Source of the DNA: Rotaria socialis
Lineage: Eukaryota
Assembly (NCBI GenBank): GCA_905331295.1
Contig: CAJNYD010000096.1
Coordinates: 62,001 to 126,000 of the forward strand
Direction of reading: 5' to 3'
Length of the DNA stretch: 64,000 nucleotides
Positions within the stretch are counted from its first letter, which is position 1, and every line of letters starts with the position of its first letter. Shown here in pieces: positions 26,701-38,582 of this stretch. The notes beneath the pieces were generated by a model. It ran no database searches. It was not told the origin of the DNA and worked only from the letters and a program-made list of their open reading frames with translations. The position numbers and the translations under genes were made by a program.

Positions 26701-29700
26701 ACGTTGATGATTCGGTGATAGAAGAAGGATTTCCATACATTGTGGAACAGTGACTAAAATTCGGCATTCATTCATATTCCTACGAAAATCTCGTGTAAAA
26801 ATTCCGAATATTGGACCAAATTTAGAATAAATTGTCGCTAAAATTTATGCATAGATTGATTTAGATTAAGAAAAAATACGATTACTCTACCAGCAACTTG
26901 ATTAACAAGAGCTTTCGTTGGTGCTATGTATACGCAAATACCATTTGGATCATTTTGATCTTTGACCACTTTATTCATAGCATAATATGATGCATAAGTT
27001 TTGCCTATATATAAATAAACAAATGAATGAATGAAAATAATTATTTAGAGAAACCAATGAGCTAACCTGAAGCAGTAGGTGCTACAATTATGACAGATTG
27101 ATGTTTATCAACAGCATCAAGAAATTCAATTTGCCATTTATCGGGAATGAAATCAGGTACTCGATCATCGGGTAAGCCTTGTTCATGTCGTGGTAATCGA
27201 CTATTGATTTTTTCCATTTGAAATCGGTACCATTTTTCTCGATCTAACGATGAATCATCAACAAGTTCTTCTAAATATTCTCGTTTTTGATTAAATACAT
27301 CAGCCGTATTCTCGATGTGGGCCATTTCTGTCATTGTACCAAAGAAATCAATTTTAAGATAATCTAATTTGAATTTTTCTTCTACCGATAAAACATTTTT
27401 CTGTTTCAGTAATTTTAAGTATTTTCGTTGTAAACGAAATTTTTGTTTGAGCAATTCAATACGATTAACAGGTGTTTTAAAATTCGGTAAACTTTCATCA
27501 ATTATTTCGATAGCTTTTGAATAATCACCAAGTGGAATTTGTTTCAATAAAACTTCAACATTAGTAACTTGATCACGTTCACTGCCAATAGATTTATCAA
27601 GTTTTCGTTGTTTATTTTCTTCAATAATCTTTTCCGCTTTTGTCTGGTGAACTGCTTGTTTTCCTTTTCCTTTCTTCTTATCTCCAGACGCTGAAGCTAC
27701 TCTATTCAAATCCAGCTCTTCACTATTTGACGTATTGGATGAAGTAGCAGGATATACTATTTGTAATTGATTATCTCGAACATCTCGACTAGTCAATGAT
27801 TTGCCGTATAAAGTGAAATAAGCGAAACTATAAGAGATAGAAAAATGTACAAGGTGAAAAAAAACAGTCAGTGTTCAGATTAAAATAGATTACTTCAAAT
27901 GCATGTGGGTCACACTTACATTCTACAACGGGAAAATATCTAGCAGAGACTATGGAAGATATGAGAAATATAAACAAGAAACGGAGCACATTAATCGAAG
28001 TTTATGTGAGATTTACAGGAATTTCGACCCGAATTTTATTCGAACTCATTAATCCCTGAAAAAAGAACCAAATAATTAAAGTTAATTACTGAATTTTGTG
28101 ATGTCAAGCGAAAATGTTTCAAGGGAGAAGTTGCATGTATGCGCAATCCTTTTATCTGCCCTAAGCCTGCACTCTCATAATTGTAACGACATGTACAGTC
28201 ACATGATTATGTTTTCTTACAATCTTTGTTCAGTTCTTGTTCGGAAACGATATTTGGTTGTGTTTTTATTGTCATCATCATTATTTCTTATACGACTTAG
28301 CGCATCACCAACCTGAAAAAATTGAGAATAGATTATCAGTAGATTACTGAGTAATTAGCAAACGTACCTCTTTGTATACATGCCAATGATATTTTCCTAT
28401 TGAATACAAAATTTATTTAAATAGCTGACGCATTATAGGACAAACAGAATGTGTACCTTCATAACGAGCTAAAGAACTATCATCTGGATCGGTAAATTCA
28501 AACGTCCATTGATCACTTTTTGACATTATTGGCGCTAAATAAGTATCAATGAATGCATTGGATATTTTTGCAATTTTCTTTTTTTCCATTGAAACTGATT
28601 GCTCATCAGTGGCTAATGTTGAGAATATAATATGGTTCGATTGAATTAATTGGTTTACTATATTGTGAAACAGATTTTCAGGCATTGAAATGTTCAATAA
28701 ACTTAAGCATTGCTTGATAATATTCATTGTATCGGAATCAAATCGAATCTTCGACGATGATTCTTTCAATTGATAGAGAGTAAAAGCAAACAGACGTCCA
28801 TCGAATATATCAGCGACTTTTGAATACGATAAATCTGATACATACGATGATAAACATATTGCCAGTTGTTGCTGAAATTGTATCATCGATTGAGAAAACA
28901 TCGAACTAAATGTGATCGAAGGAAAGTTTATTGGTATATGACGATCAATTAATGATAAACGAATAAGAAGAGCAACATGTAGAACAAGTAGTGGACTTAA
29001 AAGATTGAACAAATTTTCTTTCTTTGTTTGATCGTTACTTTCCTTCCGAATGAAAGTCATTATGGTTTTAAGATAGAAAAAAAGTCGTGCATCATCTTGA
29101 TTTGTTATCAGTTTTTCCAATTTGATTGCATCATCTTTATCCAAAATAATATTAGTTTGATGAGACGATAATACTAATCTAATGGTCGTTTGTAGTTGTG
29201 TCTGTGAACATCTTTCCGTGAATTTAATTTGAAAACATTTCACCACTGTATCAGTTAGAATTAATTTATTCATTAGATATAAACTACATTCAAGATAATA
29301 TTGATGATAATTACCAAATAAACGATAAACATAGATAAGTTCCCTTAATGTCGCTTTCGATAGAACACTATTGTTACAAACATCGACACTTGACATGTCA
29401 TGATAGAAAATAAACAGTGGTTTTTCTTCGCGAATAAATTTTACATATTCGGCGTCAATCCACGATGAGAATTGTCGTACTTTGGCTGATCCATATTGAT
29501 TTATGTTATAAAAAACATGAGCAATCAAGCAAGCACGTAAAATATTCAATATAGATTTTTCGTTTTCATATAAATAATAATGGCAGTCGAAAAATATTAA
29601 GGTATAATTACATTGCTGTGCTTGATTGAATAGTGTTTGCAGGATACGCTCAATAATAAAAACAACATGTAAAGTATTGCCATAGTATGCATTAAGATCA

Positions 29701-30560
29701 ACATTAATATGATGAGCAATAGATAGAAGAAATGAATCACCATCAATAAAATAATGCATACTGTCACGAAATTCACGATGCAAATCAAGAAAACGAGCTC
29801 GATATGGGTAGAGAATATCGAAGTCGTCTGATGACATCATGGTAAGGATGTTTTGATTAGTTTTTTTTCTTGCAATTAGACTTTGAATTGTCTTTAAGAT
29901 AGGTTGATGGATTTTAGGTGCAGCAGAAGATGATTGATTTGCGGGAAGACAGTTAAGAAGACGTTGAGATACTTCTTCTTCGTCGGAAATATGTAAAGCT
30001 ATTTGTTGTAAAGCAACAGCACTCAAATTTTCATTTTCATTTCTAACACAATTTTCAAGCGTATGAAAATAAAGATCGGCCATATCATTGCTGTGTTGTT
30101 GACAATAGTATAAAAATTGTAGAAGTCGTTTACATTGACTACATGGGTCAATGTAGATATCAGCGTGTTTGACCGATTTGAATGTCTATGAAAATAAAGT
30201 TCTATGAATTAAAACCTACAAATTTTAATAATCAACCTGGTCTTGTTTATGTACTGGTTGTTGAGATGGTTTGTTCTCTTCGTCGTCCGATGATGATTCC
30301 TGATCAGACTCACTTTCGGATTCATTATCGGACAATTCATTTCCAGCATTGATAGTTAGCCTTGCAGCAAGTGCACATTCCTCTTTTTGGTAATAATTTT
30401 TCCATTGTTGAAATTTTTCTTTTACTATTTTCTCAAAAATTGATTTGTTACGTTTGCAATACAAGTGACATTTGTTTGCAGTCGCTTCGATGAATGATAA
30501 TTCCGATGTTGCTTCTGTATCGAGTAAAAACTCGATAAATCTTGAAATTTCCTTGTTCAT
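23737..30560 (-). CDS. DDX60: DDX60-like Ski2-family DExH RNA helicase, 10 exons, ~1,907 aa
   Basis: Exons 30560-30237, 30185-28457, 28396-28368, 28312-28221, 27827-27067, 27004-26891, 26837-26285, 26166-25376, 25124-24551 and 24493-23737 join in frame with GT-AG introns. Helicase motifs: APTASGKT, APTKALVNQ, DEIH, LSAT, HHAGL, STATLALGIHMP, QSSGRAGRRGFD. DDX60-typical N-terminal motifs: FIDGDS, DIFDGRL, YHWH, RFQM..D.RV.DFIPD.WQ. Confidence 0.88.
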
Positions 30561-31502
30561 CTATTATGATTATGAAATCGATATAGACGATGTTCAACAA
30601 GTTCTATATGTTTTTATTTAATTTGAAAGCAAGACAAAGAACATAGAAAAAGTCCACTCATACAAAGTCTTTATATTTTTCAAGGAATTTTAGCAATCAA
30701 CTAAGCCTCGCTTTTTTTTCATTAGATAATTTTTTTTTATCAAGATTCTCCTTCGAGTGGTAGATTTTGGCTAGATGCTGTTTGCCCAAAGTAAACTTTT
30801 CGTATATGTTGCATTTTTATCAACCCATAAAGAATTGTTCTACGAGTACTATTTTTTTACAATTTACCGCTAAAACATTTACGTCAAATGCGCAAAACTG
30901 ATAAAATATGACAGGTTATTAGGAACAAACATTATATCAATATATGATAAAAGTCATATTTGTATGTTTTCATCGAGCAGTCAATATTCAACGTAATATA
31001 AGTATGTCTGGATGGAATAATGAGTATTTATAAAAAAAAATTATTGAAGCAGAACACAATTTTTTTGACATTATTTATCAATCATTAGTTGGGACAATGT
31101 TAACTAGAGTATTAAAAAGTGCGATGTTTATGAGAAGCCACTGCGAATAATAATATACAGCATAAGAGTATTTCTATCGTTAAAAAAACTTTTCTCAGAA
31201 ATATTCTTACACGGCACATGATGTTTTTATGTGCATCAGGCTTGAAAGTAAATTTAAATTTAACCTACACGTGTACAGATTTATTTTGTTACGCTTGCGA
31301 AAGAAGCAGAGAACGAAAAATTGAAGGAGAAAAATTTCAGGTCAGAACTCAAAAACATGAATTTGTTTTTCCAAAACAATTGATGGAGTTGTTACTTACT
31401 ACTTTGCCTGAAGTTAAATATGAACGAGAGTGATTTACATTTTTCAATTTTATATCATTTCTTTAAATGTGCGAAAATATATAGAAGTAAGCGAATGCGA
31501 AC

Positions 31503-31520
31503 ACTGGGAATATTCCCAGT
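31503..31520. promoter_or_regulatory. Perfect 18-bp palindrome with a kappaB-like core, upstream of the DDX60-like gene
   Basis: ACTGGGAATATTCCCAGT is its own reverse complement and lies ~950 bp 5' of the helicase ATG. A regulatory role is inferred. Confidence 0.4.
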
Positions 31521-31773
31521 TAAGTTGTTTTATCTTTTCGATGAGATGATGATAAATAGATGTTTGGATAAATAAAGTAATTAAGCATTTTATTTATAAT
31601 GATGATAACAATAATAATCGAACGACATAGTCGTGGAGACGACTCAATACTTCGCACTTATCTTCTCTGCTGTATACTAGATCATCGATCTATATCTATG
31701 TATACTTCGCGGCAAATCTCAAATAGAAAGAGAAAAAGGAAAGTCACATAGAGGTTATTGGGACGATAGGTAT

Positions 31774-31933
31774 CAGAGACCGAAATCGAATCGATTCCGA
31801 ATGGAACTTCAAAACTACCGAATCGAATCGAATGAATAAAAAAAAATTGAAAAAAAGCCGAATCGAATCGAATCACAGTTCTAAAAAGCCGAATCGAATC
31901 GAATGGCACTTTTGTCATCGGTTTCGGTCTCTG
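31774..31933. mobile_element. 160-bp non-autonomous hAT-type MITE
   Basis: Terminal inverted repeats CAGAGACCGAAATCGA / TCGGTTTCGGTCTCTG (15/16 match). Perfect 8-bp TSD ATAGGTAT (31766-31773 and 31934-31941). Internal repeated CCGAATCGAATCGAAT units. An 8-bp TSD with CAG termini is characteristic of the hAT superfamily. Confidence 0.9.
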
Positions 31934-34044
31934 ATAGGTATCATCACATAACATAACGCCATCTCAGTCACATGCAAATGACTCGATATTTTTTTGCTGA
32001 ATTTCTATTTCATAAGAAATTGTTGTTCTTGTCTGTCTCTTCTTTAGCTGCATCTCTTTCAAAGTCGCGTGATCTATACCCATTAGTCACAATATAAGAA
32101 AACCACTAAAAACAGCTTCACTGTTTATCAGTTATTTTTTTATTCAATTCTTTCCTTGCGTCGTTAAAACATAGCTACTTACATCACAGTGAACTTTCAT
32201 AAATATTAAGAAAAAAGAAATCTTTTCTTAAGAATTTTCTTCAAAAGGCATCTTTACATCCGCTCGCCAATGCTGGAACTTTTGCGTCACGTAACGAAGA
32301 AATAAGAATAATAGAGAAAATGATTTTGAAGTATACATTTACATGGCAATATGCGGCATAAATGCCTCGTTTAACACACATGCGAACTGAGTGTTTGAAG
32401 GTTCTACTACATACTAGTCGCTTAGAAAAATAATGATAGTCATGTTGATTTCTATAGGAAAAACGATGTCGACACATCAAAAATAAAATGTGTCGCGTCG
32501 GTATGTCGCAGACATAACGAAATCAATATATTGCATTTTAAATTGCCATTCATCGTGTTGTTTTGCGGCGTATACAATTATACGTAATTAATTCTATGAA
32601 ACACTGAACTTACAATTTTACCCATTCGCCTTTTTAACGAATATTTCTTGATTGATTCCCAGTCGAAACGTGTCAAGAGATGGATTAATGATCGATCAAA
32701 ACCTCTCGCGCGAAGCTATGTGGATACCGTATAAGAGAATCTAACGAGTTAAGAAAAAATATGTATACCGTTGTAGAGGTTCGTGACAGTATATAATGGA
32801 TAGCTCTGATTGGCTAGCGTTAAATTCAAACACGCATCATGAAAATATATCTAAAATCAATGAAATATTGAATGAAAAACTCAATTTTTCGTAAATTTCA
32901 CATGCTTTTTCATCAAGATTATGCATTAGAATGATTTCTAAGTTAGAACTTCGACTTTAACTAAGTGAGTCAAATCGAACCGTCACACTAATTTGTTTTC
33001 CCAAAATGAACGTTTGAATTATGTTATACGATTGATTGAATTTTTACGAAAAATACTATAGATATGATTTATATAAATATAAAAATAAATGGCGATTTAA
33101 AGTGAAGTAGTAGCAACTTTATTCATGTATAAAATCAAACGCCAATATGCATTACTTCTACACTTTAACCGTTGCCCTTTCACTCTCATTTGGTGCTATG
33201 CAGGGAATCCAAAGCAAAGAGGGGTCTTTAATTTACTATTAGAAACCCTCAAATTTCAGAATATTTCAATAAGAAACATAAATATTAACAATGAATTTTA
33301 TTCTCATAGCATTTATTCTCTATGTGCCGCTAGTTTTTCGTGCAAAATCCATATGTCAACGCATGATTTATGTATTTCTAGAATGATGATAGTATTCCTT
33401 CTCAAACAATGTCCGCAGTCGTGTAGAGGGGCAATGAAAATCAATGTGAATAATGTTTCTTTTTATGTCGCGAGATGTGAAATGATCCAATGTTGATCTT
33501 TTCTGGAAGCGATTACTTTATTTGAGTGAGCATTTGTTAAGTTGAAAGTAATTCTGTTCAATGAATGCATTTGAAATGAAAATGAGCAATTATCTTTAGC
33601 TTCAGTATGTTACATTCACATTGTGAGTTGCAGCTCTATAGGGGTACGTGCGTCCACACGGACAGAATAAATCGTTAAGGCCTCTTCCAAGCCTCGTTAG
33701 GGTTATCGGGGTAATCTTAATACAAGTAACATTTAAGCATCCATCGTTTTTAGCTTCAATTATCCGTCAAAGGGTAGGAAGTAGATATTCTATTCGTGTA
33801 GGATAGCTTCTATCTTACAATATTCAAATTATGAAGTTGTTGCGGTGAAAAAAAGTAAGTGCGAAAGAAAAAACCCAGTAACACCCGCAGTCAATTGCAG
33901 TTGGGAAAGAAGTAAATGCATCATGACACAGTTATCAAGACGAGAGCAGAACAAGATATTTATTGGCAAAATGTGATTTTTGAACATAAAAAAAGAAATA
34001 TGCCATTGTAAACTTTTTTCTGCAGTTCGACGAGCTGCTCGTGT

Positions 34045-34380
34045 TCAATGAGCATTTTTCTTTGATGCTGCATGTTGGATAGAAGCTAGCGCTTGCAATA
34101 CCACATCATCTTGGTTTTCATCTGAAAAACGAAAAATAGTCAATATAATTCGCGAAAAGGATATGTGGACGAACAAGCTTACCCTGTTTAAAAGCACGAC
34201 CTCCAACTAAAGACAATTTTTGCCCTTGCAGAGTGCCTTTTTCAAATAGAGACTGCGCTGCAGCTACAATAGAAGGAAGTAGCGTAACGAAAACAATATT
34301 TATAAAATTAACAGCTAGAACATGAACATACTATCTTGTACAGATGATTCGTTTCCCAATACTAGAGTTTGCTCTATCAT
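34045..34380 (-). CDS. Small 3-exon hypothetical peptide (68 aa; 81 aa with a signal peptide if a 1-bp deletion is corrected); absent from the ORF track
   Basis: Exons 34380-34332, 34263-34183 and 34121-34045 are joined by phase-1 introns of 68 bp (GTATGT..TTGTAG) and 61 bp (GTAAGC..TTTCAG). Product: MIEQTLVLGNESSVQDTAAQSLFEKGTLQGQKLSLVGGRAFKQDENQDDVVLQALASIQHAASKKNAH*. AATAAA on minus at 33959-33964. Confidence 0.6.
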
Positions 34381-34582
34381 GAGTATTAAAATAATAGAGC
34401 AGCAGAGAATAGAATCATTGATATTATATTAAAATTGACCTCAAATCATGAGCATAGCTACGGGCATGAAAAATTCTCATTTTCTGATGTGAAACGATAT
34501 CATGTACAGAGTTAATTGATTTGAATTTCTTAGAGATGCCAAGTTACAGGTTTTCATACAGCCTATAAACGTATATTCAGAT

Positions 34583-35045
34583 ATGGAAACTTACAAAATT
34601 TATTCTCGTTTTTTTGTGTGCTCGGAATTTTAATCAGCATTTTGTTTTCACTTTTAAGCCTTGACGGGAGCGACCAATGGATTGAATTGCTACTACTGCT
34701 ACTATACATCGGCTTGCCGAGATCAAATTTAACCTTTCTTTTGGTAACCTTTATCTATCCACTTGCTATATACAAAAGTTACAACATGTGTTGTAAGTAA
34801 AAGGATATTTTAATATGCATAACTAAGATTTTGTCAACTATTCATAGAAGTTGTATTGACCGGCGGCTTAGCAGCTCGTGGTTGTAGTACATCATGTTCT
34901 TCAGGAACTACCACCTCCAGTGGAACAGGTAAGTCGCTGTACTAGTAACTATTGAAACAGTTCCGTGCGTTATAGTGGCATGCTTCCATATGTAATATTG
35001 GCTGCAATCGCCAGCCTGTTCACAAAAGCAAGACTCATCGGATAA
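34583..35045 (+). pseudogene. Decayed Ly6/uPAR (three-finger)-like GPI-anchored protein gene
   Basis: Fragments in shifting frames: hydrophobic leader (..TKFILVFL.., LTGATNG), LNCYYCYYTSAC (34682-), TTCV followed by intron 34793-34847, ARGCSTSC (~34874-), RCTSNY*N (34935-34958; expected CCxxxxCN), then the hydrophobic tail MLPYVILAAIASLF. In-frame stops and frameshifts are present. Confidence 0.6.
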
Positions 35046-36743
35046 ACAGAACATATTGTATTAAGTGATACAATATAGTGGGATTGTTTCGCGAGACCTT
35101 TTCCATTCACTGCACTCAACTACAATAAAATATTGAATTCATTTTTGCCTGTGATTTCTTTGATTTTGATATCGATTGATTCTTAAAATAAAGTTTGCAT
35201 AAAGAAATCATTCTTCGCTCATACAATTGAGTGTATCCAAAAAGCAAAAGATCATAAATTTTGCAATACTTAAGCGTCACTGCTGATTTTCCAAGGTTAG
35301 TTGCAATGATTTAATCTCTAGTTTCAGCTTGTTTACTTCTTTACATTAGTATATGGCATTAAAAAAAAAGGAAAATTGACTTGAATCTATCAGATTATAA
35401 CACACGAATATAAAGTACATTTCGAGAGCAATATGGAAACAAAACATTCTTTATGTGTGAGTCAGCACGTCAAAGTTTACAAGAAAGCAAAAAACAACAC
35501 GATTTTCTCGCTAGGGCTGAGTATCTTTCGTTTTCTTGTAATATTGATATACATGAGTCTGTACTGGCTATCCAATTTGGAAAGACTCTCACTGTAGTAT
35601 CATTATTGAGTTCCTTTATTGAGAAGCTCAACTTAAAAGACAGATACTATCAGTCTTGTTTTTGCTGAAGTTAATGTTTCAATATTCAAACCTGGTCATT
35701 AAATTGGATTAATATTACTATCAATGGATCGCCGGAGATGTCATGAATTTAAAGACACATATATTTCAAAGAAGCAAACTACGCATTATGTAAGACATAA
35801 ACAGCCTAGTGATTAAAGGTATGACTGTAGCTATAGTTATCTTTTTTTAAAGAACGTGAGGAATAAAACCATTTCGGCACATGCATGGAACTCACATCCT
35901 GTTTTTATCGTTATCTGCTCAAAATGAAAATATAGCAATAATAAATAGATAGGCCCGTCTCTCTGATCATGACATGTGACCACATAAGAAGAACACCACT
36001 GGTGTAAAATTGAGTTACGCTCTTACAAAATACTTATACGTCAATTCTTTTTAGCACATGATTTTGTTATAATTCTTCATTTTGTTACATTTGTAAGAAT
36101 TCATGCAACAAAAGAAGGTTGTGTCAACAGCAGACGATTGTTTGACGTTGCCGATGGGCAAAACAAAAGAAAAATGAAAATCCTTTCTAAAAAGGCTCAT
36201 GTGTAGAATCCGTGACAACATCGAATGAGAAAAGAAGTCCTTGATTTGTTTGTATTCTGTGCAAGAGTTGCTTTCAACATTTTTACTGGGAATTATAGTC
36301 GTCGTAATGCGTCGTAAAAATAAATTTGTTTGATCTTCTTCTCTCTTCTCGTACGACGCCTATTTGGCAGCTTGATTTCCACAGAATGAAAAAAAAGAAG
36401 CAAGAACTTTTGTTTTGTTTTGGCACATTGATTGCATTCATTTGTGACGTTGCCGTCGATTTGGTGGCCATGCCTTCATTCCCATAAATAACTTTTCTCC
36501 CAAGATTTGATGTTCAAGTGTATGTTTGATCGATCGAAACTTCATTTATATTTACTCTAAATACAAAGAAACTAGAGCACTCCGTTTTGTAGTCAGATTA
36601 ATTGCTCTCACTCATCCTCACGATTAAACGATTAAAATAAGATTCATCCGTATTAAATCAATTTTCATTGATAGATAAATATTTTTAGAAAAACGTTGCT
36701 TTGAATTTCACATAGGCATTTAAAGTTCGTCAACTGATTTTAG

Positions 36744-38582
36744 TCGTTAAAATACCGATTGGAAAGAAACGAAATGTACGGAAATGTTGGCCTTTTCCAT
36801 GGAGTGCATGACCATAATTACTATGATATTACTCATTCGTTCAAGGTCGATTCATTTACTTATCACGTTTTAGGACTTCGCAAAGATCGCCCATCATATG
36901 CAAGCACTTATTATATTTTTAATTGTCCTGATTGTACAGAAGAACGACCTAATATTGTTCCACTATCAAAAAAATCGTCACATTTTGACCGTATTTCGGC
37001 GATGCAACAGGCTAGTAAATCAAAGGGTGCTATAAATCGTGCTCGTCCTAGTTCCGTAACCCCAAGGAAAGTTGAGCGTGAGACGATATCTATCGAACAA
37101 TCAATAGCTCAAATGATGAAAACTGAACGTCAATCACTGGTCAAATCGTTGCGCAAAACGATCAAAGCAGAAAATGAAACATTACTTCAATCTATTAAAG
37201 AATCGTCCAAGAAAACTGAGGAAACAACAGTAGTTGATGAGAAAATAAGTACTCTCCTTGAAACCGAACATCAGACAATGGTCGAATCGTTTCGTCGAGA
37301 ATTGAAGGCAGAGAATGAATTGCTAATTCAATCAATCAAAGTAGAAGAACAACACTTGGTACAAGAATCAACGAAATCTATGGTTACGAAAGATGAACTA
37401 GTTCGCCTGTTCGAAGAGCAGAAACAGTCGATTGAAAGTATCTACGAAAGACAAATAAGAACTATTGATTCTTCTGTTGATCGTATTTCGGAAACTGTAA
37501 CACAATTGGTCAACAATAAACAGGAATCATTGCCAGCGCTGAATCAATTTCAGCTTACAATGATTCAAACAATTGAAAAAGAAGTACAACGGACTTTATC
37601 GAAAACTATTGAAAAATTCGAGTCGATGACTCTTTCAATTACCCAGTTGAAGCACACTATCGAACAGAGGACTGAAAACAAGGCTACTATCATAACAAGA
37701 GATGAAACTGATGCATTAAATCGTTTGTTCGTTGAACAGAAAAATTTTCTTATCGATACAATTGAACAACAGCAGACGCTCTGGAGTGAACATTTACAAC
37801 GTATCCTTCGTCAAATATTCATCGAGCAAACATGGTCATCATTGGTTGCCAAATCAGAAAGTACGGTTGCGACTGATATCAAAAACACCGCTCAAACAAC
37901 TATCAACATGAACATACAGCAGTTGGAATCGATTAGCCAGAATGTCGCTGTCGAGAGCCAGCATAGTTTGCCGAACAAAAAAGCAGCCGATGGTTCGTTC
38001 GGTATCAATCAGGATTCATTTAATTCACCAGATCGACATCTACTCAAAGTGTCGATAAAAACACCAGAACCTGTTCATGTATTTGCTAAATTTTACATTG
38101 CCGGTATTGAATATCCAGAAAAGTCTCATACACTCTGTCAGCCGGATCCTATGCATTCCGATCAAGTCACCTGCTATGTCGCTCCGCCAACTGTAGATGG
38201 GCCCTACAATGTGATTATCTATGCCAAAACCAATACGGAAACGGAATATCGAGCAGCGATGTCTTTACGATTACCGGGACCGAACATATCTCAAACCATT
38301 TTATTTCCGTATACGTTTCCATCGTTTGAATTACAGCAATGTACTTTAATTCAACCTTTACAAAGTTTTTTGCGACACAATACAATGGCATTCATACACA
38401 TGGTCATACCTGATGCACGTGAGGTAAAAATACAAAATGGAAACAATGTTATTCTGCTGAATGAAAATGAATACAGCCAAGGAATACTGCGAAAACAAAT
38501 CGAAGTTCGTGGTGATGTCTATGTTTACGGGCAATGGAAGAATAAAACTGATTCGCCTATTTGTTTCTTTTATGTCATCTAA
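36744..38582 (+). CDS. Hypothetical coiled-coil protein with a C-terminal KY/hillarin-like Ig-type region; 5' end uncertain
   Basis: ~610-codon ORF after an acceptor-like TTTTAG (36738-36743); first ATG at 36774. The centre is E/Q/K-rich and helical. The beta-rich C-terminus (HTLCQ..CYVAPP..GPY..IYAK, FPYTF..F..C.LIQP..L, IHMVIPDA) resembles the non-catalytic domains of kyphoscoliosis-peptidase-like proteins, recognised from memory. Confidence 0.6.
   Translation, partial: SLKYRLERNEMYGNVGLFHGVHDHNYYDITHSFKVDSFTYHVLGLRKDRPSYASTYYIFNCPDCTEERPNIVPLSKKSSHFDRISAMQQASKSKGAINRARPSSVTPRKVERETISIEQSIAQMMKTERQSLVKSLRKTIKAENETLLQSIKESSKKTEETTVVDEKISTLLETEHQTMVESFRRELKAENELLIQSIKVEEQHLVQESTKSMVTKDELVRLFEEQKQSIESIYERQIRTIDSSVDRISETVTQLVNNKQESLPALNQFQLTMIQTIEKEVQRTLSKTIEKFESMTLSITQLKHTIEQRTENKATIITRDETDALNRLFVEQKNFLIDTIEQQQTLWSEHLQRILRQIFIEQTWSSLVAKSESTVATDIKNTAQTTINMNIQQLESISQNVAVESQHSLPNKKAADGSFGINQDSFNSPDRHLLKVSIKTPEPVHVFAKFYIAGIEYPEKSHTLCQPDPMHSDQVTCYVAPPTVDGPYNVIIYAKTNTETEYRAAMSLRLPGPNISQTILFPYTFPSFELQQCTLIQPLQSFLRHNTMAFIHMVIPDAREVKIQNGNNVILLNENEYSQGILRKQIEVRGDVYVYGQWKNKTDSPICFFYVI

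Noticed and set aside
31682..31954. 90-aa ORF with FDSIR repeats
   Set aside because: It is a translation of the MITE's (ATTCG)n repeats, not a gene.
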